From: a virus
Lineage: Duplodnaviria > Caudoviricetes
Length of the DNA: 63,076 bases
Virus record (IMG/VR): IMGVR_UViG_3300046786_000486
Location: 1-63,076 of that record
Reading direction: 5' to 3' (one strand)
The translations under genes and the position numbers were made by a program. Below, piece by piece: positions 18,192 to 25,613 of the stretch (position 1 is the first letter of the stretch; the number at the start of each line of letters is the position of its first letter). The notes beneath the pieces were generated by a model. It had not been told where the DNA came from, ran no database searches, and worked only from the letters and a program-made list of their open reading frames with translations.

Positions 18192-18497
18192 ATGATTTCA
18201 AAATTTGACAGCGCAATTGATGAGCGCAAGGTAGAGAGAACTTATTTGACAATGTCATCTAAGAACAAGAACATTTATAAGGTAGAGAATCTATCTTTTG
18301 ACCCAAAAAAGTTAGGAGAGGGCTTTAAGTATAGAATCACTTTCTTGGCAGAAATGTCCACTCAGACAATTGACGGCATTTATTACGGATGTACAGACGA
18401 TTGCAGAACTTTGATAGTGAGTAATCCGTACAACACAGGAGCTGCAACACTTGGCATTCCTTCGTACAATATTGTTTCGATTAAGCCTGTTGTATAA
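18192..18497 (+). CDS. Hypothetical protein
   Basis: Packed ORF. Confidence 0.6.
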   Translation: MISKFDSAIDERKVERTYLTMSSKNKNIYKVENLSFDPKKLGEGFKYRITFLAEMSTQTIDGIYYGCTDDCRTLIVSNPYNTGAATLGIPSYNIVSIKPVV

Positions 18498-18519
18498 TAA
18501 ACTTTTTGTTGTATATTTG
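18490..18519 (+). promoter_or_regulatory. Bacteroidota promoter of the replication operon
   Basis: TTG (18490), 19-nt spacer, TATATTTG (18512-18519). Confidence 0.75.
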
Positions 18520-18523
18520 CTAC

Positions 18524-18620
18524 GTAAACTTGTTGTTTGGAAGTTGCGGTCTGAACAACAAGTATTCAAGCTAGACTTGAATCGCCCCCATATCTCCGCA
18601 ACAGATTGGGGGCTTTTTTA
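18524..18620 (+). ncRNA. Structured leader/attenuator RNA: three hairpins, the last a terminator, with complementary loops
   Basis: Stems 18528-37/18554-63, 18565-70/18576-81 and 18584-95/18603-13 plus T6; loops GTTGCGG and CCGCAAC. Confidence 0.7.
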
Positions 18621-18626
18621 TCGGGT

Positions 18627-18869
18627 ATGGATAAGGAGAAAGAGGAAATATTATCAATGGACCCACTACACGCGCAAGCGCACTTGGTGGTATGTAAATT
18701 GAGAAAGCTATACTTAGAGCGTGAGCTAATTCAGTATCAAAAGGTGATAGCATTTGCTACTCCTGAAATGAGCGCTTTTGACACGCTATTAAATCAAATA
18801 GAAGAAATATTTGAGCAGATTAAAGCTTACGAGCAAGAGATTAAAAATATAATAGAATGGCGAAGATAA
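18627..18869 (+). CDS. Hypothetical coiled-coil protein
   Basis: ATG 18627 just after the attenuator. Confidence 0.6.
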   Translation: MDKEKEEILSMDPLHAQAHLVVCKLRKLYLERELIQYQKVIAFATPEMSAFDTLLNQIEEIFEQIKAYEQEIKNIIEWRR

Positions 18870-19549
18870 TTATCAAGAACAGATATGGTGTAGTGCCAAA
18901 TGCGTTGCTCAATAATACAGAATTAACCTTTAGAGCAAAGGGTGTTTACGCATACATTCAATCTAAGCCTGACGGTTGGGAGTTTAGTGCAGAAAGAATT
19001 GCCGCTCAAACAAAGGAGGGCTTAACTGCAGTTCGTATGGCGCTAAAAGAGTTAGAGGACATTGGGTACTTAAGCCGTATAAAGCACAGGAGCCCAAAAG
19101 GCTATTTAACCTATGAATACCAGCTTTTTGATGTACCTGTAGATAAGAGTCCTACATCAGAAAATCCAACATTGGAAAATCCAACATTGGAAATTCCTAC
19201 ATTGGAAAATCCAACGACATATAGTAAGAAAGAAGAAAGCAATAAAGAAGAAAGTAATAAAGAAGATAGGTTCGAGGAGTTTTGGGAGATATATGGTAAA
19301 AAGACAGGAAAGAAAAACGCTCAAGCTAAATGGTCGAAACTAAAAGAGAAGGATAAGGAGGCTATATTAGAAGCAATACCTAAATACCTAATCTTTAGAC
19401 CAGACCCAACCTATAGAAAAGACCCTGAAAGATTTATATCTAACAGAGTGTGGGAAGACGAATCGATACAATCTATTCAAGTCCCTAATAAAACAGAGAG
19501 CCAAATAAGCACCAAACAATTTGAACTAACTATTCCAGACCAATGGTAA
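18857..19549 (+). CDS. Phage replication initiator (N-terminal HTH, internal iterons)
   Basis: AKGVYAYIQSKPDGW...ALKELEDIGYL HTH; ENPTL repeats; FEEFWEIYGKK C-terminal domain; directly upstream of DnaB. Confidence 0.85.
   Translation: MAKIIIKNRYGVVPNALLNNTELTFRAKGVYAYIQSKPDGWEFSAERIAAQTKEGLTAVRMALKELEDIGYLSRIKHRSPKGYLTYEYQLFDVPVDKSPTSENPTLENPTLEIPTLENPTTYSKKEESNKEESNKEDRFEEFWEIYGKKTGKKNAQAKWSKLKEKDKEAILEAIPKYLIFRPDPTYRKDPERFISNRVWEDESIQSIQVPNKTESQISTKQFELTIPDQW
19151..19270 (+). promoter_or_regulatory. Replication origin inside the initiator gene (15-bp iterons plus A-rich tract)
   Basis: GAAAATCCAACATTG repeats at 19151-19216 followed by an AT/purine-rich tract; lambda-O-like layout. Confidence 0.75.
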
Positions 19550-20967
19550 ATAAATTGAAATTTGAAGATGTAATGTTAGAGGAAGATGTTATATCTTATA
19601 TACTAGAGCATTCCCATACTACAGGAGACGCATCGAAGATTATTAATCCAAACTCTTTCGCTAGCGAGCTGAATAAGCAAGCATATTTGACCTGTGTTGA
19701 ACTTTATAATGAAAAAGGTGTATTCAATCGCTTCGATGTATTTAGGGCCCTTAAATCAAAAGACTTGCCTAGTGTTCTGAATGTATCACAGGTTATATCA
19801 ATGATACCTAAGCGGGCTATCGATTTGCTATCCTCTTGCTCTGAATTAAGAGAGCTTGAATCTAAGAGATATATTGCTAACCTATCTGCAAAAATGCAAG
19901 AATCTTTAGCTAGCGACTGCGATGTAAGCGAGATTGTTAGCTTGATAGACAATAGTGTAGCTCACTTAACGGATGTATCCGCTGGAGAGGAGGTTACTAC
20001 GATTAAAGATGTCTACGACAAGGTGATGGTTAATTTAGAAGCCTCCGCTGGAACAACAAAGTTTAGTGGGATAGAGACAGGTTCCAGAAAACTTAATTAT
20101 CATTTAGGTGGCTGGCAAAAGGGTATAACTATTATTGCAGCCAGACCTTCAATGGGGAAAACTGTTGTCGGATTAGACATCGCTAAACAGGCTGCTATAT
20201 CAGGTAAAAATGTTTTGTTCCTTTCACTGGAGATGCCAAAAGATTCTTTAATCTACAGATACATTTCCAGCGAAGCATTTGAGTACAATTATTCGGACAT
20301 CAAGGCAAATAGAATTTCTCCAGAAGATGTCCAGAAGATTAAGCGTTCTAATGCAAGGCTACTAAGAGAGCTGCCAATTTTCTTTTACGATTCAGATAAT
20401 ACAGATGTCAATTATCTATCGATGCTTGTTGCGGGCGAGTGCCGAAAAAATAAGATTGATATGGTTGTAGTAGACTACTTGCAATTAATGAAGGACAGCC
20501 AAGCTAAAAGTCAAGACGACTTTACTCAAGTATCCGCTGTTATGACAAAGATTAGGAGGTTAGCGAGGAAGCTAGGAATACCTGTTATATTATTGTCGCA
20601 GTTATCACGCGAGGTAGAGAAGCGAGCAAACAGGTCGCCTCAATTATCAGACTTGCGTTCTTCGGGTAATATCGAGCAGGATGCTGATGTTGTAATCGGA
20701 TTGTACAGAGACGATTACTATAAGTACGTTGATGCAAAGGCTAATGGTCAAGCGGTAACTCCAATGGACAATATTCTTAAATACATTATTCTCAAGAATA
20801 GAGATGGTAACGTAGGAGATGTAATTAGATATGTTGATGTTAAGACAAATAGGCTTGCTGACGAAGAGGCTGAGCTTACTAGATTTGTTGAGCCAGAGGT
20901 AGCCTATAAAGATTCGGCTATCAATAAAATGCAAGGGCACTTCGATGTAACAGTAACACCATTTTAA
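19543..20967 (+). CDS. dnaB: Replicative DNA helicase
   Basis: AARPSMGKT, SLEM, VVVDYLQL, LSQLSR, DLRSSGNIEQDAD and KNRDG motifs. Confidence 0.95.
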   Translation: MVNKLKFEDVMLEEDVISYILEHSHTTGDASKIINPNSFASELNKQAYLTCVELYNEKGVFNRFDVFRALKSKDLPSVLNVSQVISMIPKRAIDLLSSCSELRELESKRYIANLSAKMQESLASDCDVSEIVSLIDNSVAHLTDVSAGEEVTTIKDVYDKVMVNLEASAGTTKFSGIETGSRKLNYHLGGWQKGITIIAARPSMGKTVVGLDIAKQAAISGKNVLFLSLEMPKDSLIYRYISSEAFEYNYSDIKANRISPEDVQKIKRSNARLLRELPIFFYDSDNTDVNYLSMLVAGECRKNKIDMVVVDYLQLMKDSQAKSQDDFTQVSAVMTKIRRLARKLGIPVILLSQLSREVEKRANRSPQLSDLRSSGNIEQDADVVIGLYRDDYYKYVDAKANGQAVTPMDNILKYIILKNRDGNVGDVIRYVDVKTNRLADEEAELTRFVEPEVAYKDSAINKMQGHFDVTVTPF

Positions 20968-20968
20968 T

Positions 20969-21748
20969 ATGAACATATATAAAGAGTTAGCCAAATTCAA
21001 ACACATAAAGTACTACGATGAGCCTCATAAGTATTTTATTGGTGAGCAAGAGCTTGTAAGCGGAACGACGTTTATAGGTAAGTACAAAGAGAAATTTGAT
21101 TCAGAGAAGATGGCTGAAAAAACAGCTGCAAAGAAGAAGATTTCTATAGAAGAAGTTCTTGCCGATTGGGCATTTAAAGGGGACTTTTCTAGGTCAAAGG
21201 GCACATTGTTACACAATTACGCAGAGAACTATTGGTTCAATAAAGTTTTCCCTGTCGATATGGGACCTTTTGATGAGCGATTCGGAGAAGGGCTTATGTT
21301 GGAAAGATATGAGGCTTGTAAAACTTTGTTTGAGGCGTTTTATAATGATGCTTGTGAATCTTTGATTCCGATTGCCGCAGAGCTTGTTATTGGTGACGAA
21401 GAAATTGGTATAGCAGGTATGGTTGATAAGTTGTTCTGGAATCAGAAGATGGGAGAGCTACAGATATGGGACTATAAAACCAATAAAGAAATTAATTCTT
21501 TTTCCAAGTTCCGAAAGAAGATGCTTCATCCGATAGCGTTTTTGCCAGAATGTGAGCTAGTAACGTATTCTATTCAGACGAGCTTGTATAAGTATATTAT
21601 CGAAAAGAATACTAATCTTAAGCTTGGAAGAAGCTATTTGGTGCACATACACGAGGAGAACGAGAGATATAATATAATCGAGTGTACAGATTATACTGAT
21701 GTTGTTAAGTTAATGATTAAACATTATAGAGATGAAAGCAGAATATAG
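20969..21748 (+). CDS. PD-(D/E)XK exonuclease
   Basis: GTLLH, IAGMVD, IWDYKT and Q-x-x-x-Y motifs. Confidence 0.85.
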   Translation: MNIYKELAKFKHIKYYDEPHKYFIGEQELVSGTTFIGKYKEKFDSEKMAEKTAAKKKISIEEVLADWAFKGDFSRSKGTLLHNYAENYWFNKVFPVDMGPFDERFGEGLMLERYEACKTLFEAFYNDACESLIPIAAELVIGDEEIGIAGMVDKLFWNQKMGELQIWDYKTNKEINSFSKFRKKMLHPIAFLPECELVTYSIQTSLYKYIIEKNTNLKLGRSYLVHIHEENERYNIIECTDYTDVVKLMIKHYRDESRI

Positions 21749-21974
21749 AATTGTAGAACAAACAGAAATGATTAGGAATATATCTGATGAATACGTTGAA
21801 GTTACAAGATACTATCTGCAAAAGAAAAGTAGATTTTTATTTTGGAATGACTGGAAAGATGTATCAAGATATAGCTGCGGATATAGCACAATCGAAGCAG
21901 CGCAAGAAAGAATAGCATACTTAGAGTATATACCGAAAAGAAAAGTAATAGGACATTTTAAAATTAATAAGTAA
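21732..21974 (+). CDS. Hypothetical protein
   Basis: Packed ORF. Confidence 0.6.
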   Translation: MKAEYRIVEQTEMIRNISDEYVEVTRYYLQKKSRFLFWNDWKDVSRYSCGYSTIEAAQERIAYLEYIPKRKVIGHFKINK

Positions 21975-22147
21975 TGAAAATTAACCTAATCTTATGTACA
22001 ATATTATGTACATCCTGCGAGGTAGCAGAACCGCCAAAGCCCGTAAGTGTAGAGAAACTTACTAAGTCTTATTCGATTAATCATCAACCACATACTGGAG
22101 TATTTAATCCGCAGTATTTACCAAACTTAAAATACAATGGAAAATAA
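21974..22147 (+). CDS. Small putative lipoprotein (57 aa; not in the ORF track)
   Basis: MKINLILCTILCTSCEVAEPPKP...; lipobox-like TSC; TAATG overlap with the previous gene. Confidence 0.55.
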   Translation: MKINLILCTILCTSCEVAEPPKPVSVEKLTKSYSINHQPHTGVFNPQYLPNLKYNGK

Positions 22148-22379
22148 ACAGACAGCTATGCAGATGCTAAAAGCTCATATTAATGACGACACTAGGCTCG
22201 GGATGATAGATAAAAAGCATTCTGATAGAATAAATTGGTACATAGACACATATTTTATTTATCGGGAGAAGGAGCAGATAGGAGATGCGTATTGTAAAGG
22301 AGTAAATGATTTTGACGAATTTGAAGAAGGAGATAGAATTAACTGGGAAAAATATTACAACAAAACATTTAAACAATAA
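22137..22379 (+). CDS. Small MENKQTA-family hypothetical protein
   Basis: Paralog of 22878..23144 (KQTA...EKEQI...YYN.T). Confidence 0.7.
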   Translation: MENKQTAMQMLKAHINDDTRLGMIDKKHSDRINWYIDTYFIYREKEQIGDAYCKGVNDFDEFEEGDRINWEKYYNKTFKQ

Positions 22380-22383
22380 GACA

Positions 22384-22728
22384 ATGGAAAATTACACACA
22401 ATCTTATGCAGAATACAAAGGCATAAATCCAATTAAAAATTGGAGGCTAGATGAAATAAAAGAAATTATCAATTCGGTAAGAGGCTACGAGAATGTTGAC
22501 TTTGTGTTTGAGTTTTGGGATTCAAGTAATTTTAAGCGTTCAATGTTTACTTGTAGAGCAAAACTTATTGATGGAAAAAAATGCCTATTGCAATATCAGT
22601 TTGTTATTGATGATAAAGATGAGTCAAATGCTCGAGCAATAGCTTGGAATGATGTTACAAAATTACTTGTTAGAGATATTTGGTTAACAGCAATTGATTC
22701 ATTTAAAAATTTATCTTATGGAAAATAA
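22384..22728 (+). CDS. Hypothetical protein
   Basis: ATG 22384 (MENYTQ). Confidence 0.6.
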   Translation: MENYTQSYAEYKGINPIKNWRLDEIKEIINSVRGYENVDFVFEFWDSSNFKRSMFTCRAKLIDGKKCLLQYQFVIDDKDESNARAIAWNDVTKLLVRDIWLTAIDSFKNLSYGK

Positions 22729-22888
22729 ACAATTTATAGTATTTACGATGGATGGAGAAGACTGGGTGCAAGAATCTATTGAATTAGGCTCATTTGAAGA
22801 AGCTAATGAGTTTTGCAATGGCTTAAGAAACCACAAGATAACATATATTATATGTGAGGTAATTAAATATGGATACAATGGAAAATAA
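22718..22888 (+). CDS. Small hypothetical protein (MENKQ start)
   Basis: ATG 22718. Confidence 0.6.
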   Translation: MENKQFIVFTMDGEDWVQESIELGSFEEANEFCNGLRNHKITYIICEVIKYGYNGK

Positions 22889-23144
22889 ACAAACGGCAGT
22901 AGAATGGCTAATGGACAAATTGAAGTATATAAATAAAGAAACTTATGCTGAATTATATAATGAATCATTCGACCAAGCCAAACAAATGGAAAAAGAGCAG
23001 ATAATTCAATTTGCAGATGAATATGCAGACGCTGTAATGGGCGGATGTATCAATAGAGCAGAAGAATATTACAACGAAACTTATGGGTCGCAAGCTCCCC
23101 AACGCTTGGAACAAGCTAATGGCACGAACCTACCCAAAGAATAG
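22878..23144 (+). CDS. Small MENKQTAVEWL-family hypothetical protein
   Basis: KQTAVEWL...QAKQMEKEQI...EEYYNETY. Confidence 0.7.
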   Translation: MENKQTAVEWLMDKLKYINKETYAELYNESFDQAKQMEKEQIIQFADEYADAVMGGCINRAEEYYNETYGSQAPQRLEQANGTNLPKE

Positions 23145-23382
23145 ACAAGGCATAAGTGGTAAACCATTCCCACGCCTTACAGAACACAATCTTAAATGCT
23201 ATTACTGCGGAAAAGATAATAGCTTAGAAAACGTATTGGAATCACACTTAGGAAGTTACCCGTGTGAGCATTGCACCCGTCGAAGCAGGGTATATAAAAG
23301 CAAGTTAGGCTTCTACTCAATGTCGCCCGCCGACAGAGCAAGGTACGAAAGAAATGTTAAAAAAGGAGTTAATAGGATATGA
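23083..23382 (+). CDS. Zinc-finger protein
   Basis: CYYC...CEHC. Confidence 0.6.
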   Translation: MGRKLPNAWNKLMARTYPKNRQGISGKPFPRLTEHNLKCYYCGKDNSLENVLESHLGSYPCEHCTRRSRVYKSKLGFYSMSPADRARYERNVKKGVNRI

Positions 23383-23594
23383 CATACGAAGGGTTAACAT
23401 CAAAAGAATTTGCAGAGCAACTAATAGATGAGTTTATGCAAATAAAATCAATGAAATTGAGCGACTACTCGATTATATATTATCCATTCGCCAAGCTGTC
23501 TGCGTTAGTGGCGATTAGGAAAATGATTGAATGGTGTGATGTGGAAGCTCAACCATTTTTAGAGAAAGTTGAACAAGAGCTAATTAACTTATGA
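23379..23594 (+). CDS. Hypothetical protein
   Basis: ATGA overlaps on both sides. Confidence 0.6.
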   Translation: MTYEGLTSKEFAEQLIDEFMQIKSMKLSDYSIIYYPFAKLSALVAIRKMIEWCDVEAQPFLEKVEQELINL

Positions 23595-23800
23595 CACCGA
23601 AAGAAATAAACATCAAACTAATTGACTGGCACTACACTTGCGGAGATGGCTGTTGTGACGACTACGGCACACGCCTAGAAGTAGATAACGTGCCGATAAC
23701 TGAATACGCAGATATGAATATTGAAGATACAATAGAAAAACTATTGACTCATTTGGGATACAAAGTAAATATAAAAATAGAAACAAATTATGAAGACTAA
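23591..23800 (+). CDS. Hypothetical protein with a YTCGDGCC motif
   Basis: Packed ORF with a Cys cluster. Confidence 0.6.
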   Translation: MTPKEINIKLIDWHYTCGDGCCDDYGTRLEVDNVPITEYADMNIEDTIEKLLTHLGYKVNIKIETNYED

Positions 23801-23924
23801 TTTTTACGTCACAAGACGATTCATCGAAGTATTACCTAGCGTGAGAGTGCGCGTGGGCTTCACAACACTACCTACGTCAATTACATTTTCGTGGATTATT
23901 TTCTCAATAAGGATAACACTATGA
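23790..23924 (+). CDS. Small hypothetical protein (44 aa; not in the ORF track)
   Basis: Fills the gap; ATGA overlap with 23921. Confidence 0.45.
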   Translation: MKTNFYVTRRFIEVLPSVRVRVGFTTLPTSITFSWIIFSIRITL

Positions 23925-24181
23925 GCGAAATAGAAGACTTGATAATGGACACCAAGTATGCAGTTGAATCTGCATACCAAAGGGGTCTCAATATAGGTAG
24001 AGATTCTGGAAGCAAAATACCAGCAGCCAGAAATTTGTTAGCGGACTTTATGGTTTACATAAAGAAATACAGAGTAGTATATACCGATTTCGGGATATCA
24101 TTTGCCGACGGAGACAATATATATTCAAACGAGATTATTATAAATAATTTTTTACTTACATACGACTATGATAAAGAGTAG
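23921..24181 (+). CDS. Hypothetical protein
   Basis: ATG 23921. Confidence 0.6.
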   Translation: MSEIEDLIMDTKYAVESAYQRGLNIGRDSGSKIPAARNLLADFMVYIKKYRVVYTDFGISFADGDNIYSNEIIINNFLLTYDYDKE

Positions 24182-24461
24182 AGCAATATTAAGAAATAAG
24201 ATGTTAAAGTACCTTCGGGAACAAAATGTCCCATTTCAGGTAATTGATGGGAAGATAATTATTATGATGTCAGATGGCAACTACCACTACTGTTCAGTGG
24301 ACGTTAATGGTAATAGCCTAGATTGGTATAATAATAAAAAGCCGTTCACATTCTTTGTAATACAACCCATTACAACAAAGGACGGAATAAACGCGGTTGA
24401 TAGATATATAGAAGACGCCAAGAAATTCAACGAAATAAAGCTTTTAAGATATGCAAGATAA
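24168..24461 (+). CDS. Hypothetical protein
   Basis: Packed ORF. Confidence 0.55.
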   Translation: MIKSRAILRNKMLKYLREQNVPFQVIDGKIIIMMSDGNYHYCSVDVNGNSLDWYNNKKPFTFFVIQPITTKDGINAVDRYIEDAKKFNEIKLLRYAR

Positions 24462-24705
24462 GATGCAGCAGTATTATGCTATGGCAGAAGCTTGGGCCGT
24501 AGAGTATTTAGCAAACAATACTGAGCCTAAGAGTATGTCTATTAAGCAGGGGGAGCTTATAACAAATGACCTAAAATTTATAGATGTGTCACTTGATAGG
24601 CTAAGGCATTCTGGAGGAAGGGAGCGATATGCTTCTTACGTCAGAATCAAGACTTTCAAAGATTTTATAAATAAATGTAAACCAATTGTTGATAAAATCA
24701 TTTAG
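24451..24705 (+). CDS. Hypothetical protein
   Basis: Packed ORF. Confidence 0.6.
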   Translation: MQDKMQQYYAMAEAWAVEYLANNTEPKSMSIKQGELITNDLKFIDVSLDRLRHSGGRERYASYVRIKTFKDFINKCKPIVDKII

Positions 24706-24719
24706 TTTAGTTACCTTTG
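24686..24719 (+). promoter_or_regulatory. Bacteroidota promoter driving the RNA cluster
   Basis: TTG at 24686 or 24689 and TACCTTTG at 24712-24719. Confidence 0.75.
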
Positions 24720-24844
24720 TTCTGTTCCACGTATTACAAGGGGTAACGTTTTTAACACACCGAAGCGTTGGAGTGTGATGATTAATGATAGAGCTTATCT
24801 TGCAGCCTTGTAAAGAATGATTTTAATCTGGATAAGTTTGAGAG

Positions 24845-24906
24845 CAGTGTTACATAACCTTATTACTGTATCATTAATAAACGCTGACTGCTCGGAAAGA
24901 TGAGCA
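24845..24906 (+). ncRNA. Hairpin RNA element ending TGAC-TGCTC-GGAAAGAT-GAGCA (C4-antisense-like)
   Basis: Stem CAGTGTT/AACGCTG followed by the GGAAAGA hairpin. The family resemblance is from memory and unverified. Confidence 0.45.
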
Positions 24907-24908
24907 TT

Positions 24909-25042
24909 AGTCAGGTGGCGGAATGGCACACGCAAAAAGCCAACTCGTATGTGGAAGCGAGTCTAAATAACACTATCCCTGGTTCGTGGCTCGCATTAGC
25001 GGCTGGCACCAAGGCTTACAGGTTCGAGTCCTGTCCTGACTA
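24909..25042 (+). ncRNA. tRNA-like RNA 1 with a ~70-nt insert replacing the anticodon loop
   Basis: Acceptor AGTCAGG/CCTGACT; D arm TGGCGGAATGGCACACGC; T arm ACAGG-TTCGAGT-CCTGT; stem AAGCC/GGCTT encloses the insert. Confidence 0.75.
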
Positions 25043-25102
25043 CGAGGGGTGGAAAACCAGATTGGCGGCCCTAATTGATAAGAGGAAAAGCTTTTCGGAA
25101 GC

Positions 25103-25155
25103 AAGTCCAAATTGATGCGCAAATTAGCGATTGGTGACTTCGAGGAAAGACTCGA
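25103..25155 (+). ncRNA. Second hairpin element ending TGAC-T-TCGAG-GAAAGA-CTCGA
   Basis: Same terminal motif as 24885-24906; again 2-3 nt upstream of a tRNA-like body. Confidence 0.45.
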
Positions 25156-25158
25156 CCA

Positions 25159-25255
25159 CGAGATATGGTGTAATGGTAGCATAACGAAATGGGAGTATCC
25201 GAAAGGACAGTACCAATCACTTGCGTTTGTACAGGTTCGACTCCTGTTATCTCGG
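25159..25255 (+). ncRNA. tRNA-like RNA 2 with an expanded anticodon arm
   Basis: Acceptor CGAGATA/TATCTCG; D arm TGGTGTAATGGTAGCAT; T arm ACAGG-TTCGACT-CCTGT; AACG/CGTT stem encloses about 37 nt containing TCC-GAAA-GGA. Confidence 0.72.
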
Positions 25256-25263
25256 CACAAAAA

Positions 25264-25337
25264 GGACTTATAGCTCAGTTGGTTAGAGCAGGTCGCTCAT
25301 AACGACAAGGTCACAGGTTCGAGCCCTGTTTGGTCCA
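25264..25337 (+). tRNA. tRNA with CAT anticodon (Ile2-like, or Met)
   Basis: Canonical cloverleaf; anticodon loop CTCATAA (CAT at 25298-25300); no encoded CCA. Confidence 0.9.
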
Positions 25338-25382
25338 CATATATTTACGACAAAGTAGTTTGTCTATCAAAAATGTCAAAAT

Positions 25383-25613
25383 ATGAATGACAAATATTCG
25401 ATTCTTGTATCGCACGAAATACAAAATGCAATACGAGACAGGAGAAATGCCCTTCGCTCAAAGATTGCAGACATATCTTCTGCAGAGAAGTCTGGAGTGA
25501 ACGTTGATGAGGCCGTTGCAATATTGCGAGCAAAACTTGACGAGCTAGATTTTATGAGCGAGAAGTTTTTTAAAATTATACTTAAGATATACAATGATTC
25601 AAAAAAGCAATAA
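25383..25613 (+). CDS. Hypothetical protein
   Basis: ORF after the tRNA. Confidence 0.6.
   Translation: MNDKYSILVSHEIQNAIRDRRNALRSKIADISSAEKSGVNVDEAVAILRAKLDELDFMSEKFFKIILKIYNDSKKQ

Noticed and set aside
24945-24977. Insert matches to the second origin (TCGTATGTGGA, 10209-10219) and to the array motif (AACACTATC) as guide sequences
   Set aside because: Matches of 9-11 nt are expected by chance in 63 kb given the number of comparisons.
24943-25010. Pistol or twister ribozyme in the tRNA-like insert (ACTCG...CGAGT-CTAAAT; TAACACT)
   Set aside because: The opening hairpin resembles pistol P1, but I could not build P2/P3 with a GU cleavage site or the twister core. A covariance search would settle it.
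24900-25260. ORFs 24900..25115 (+) and 24973..25260 (-)
   Set aside because: They overlap well-formed RNA structures and have no protein features.
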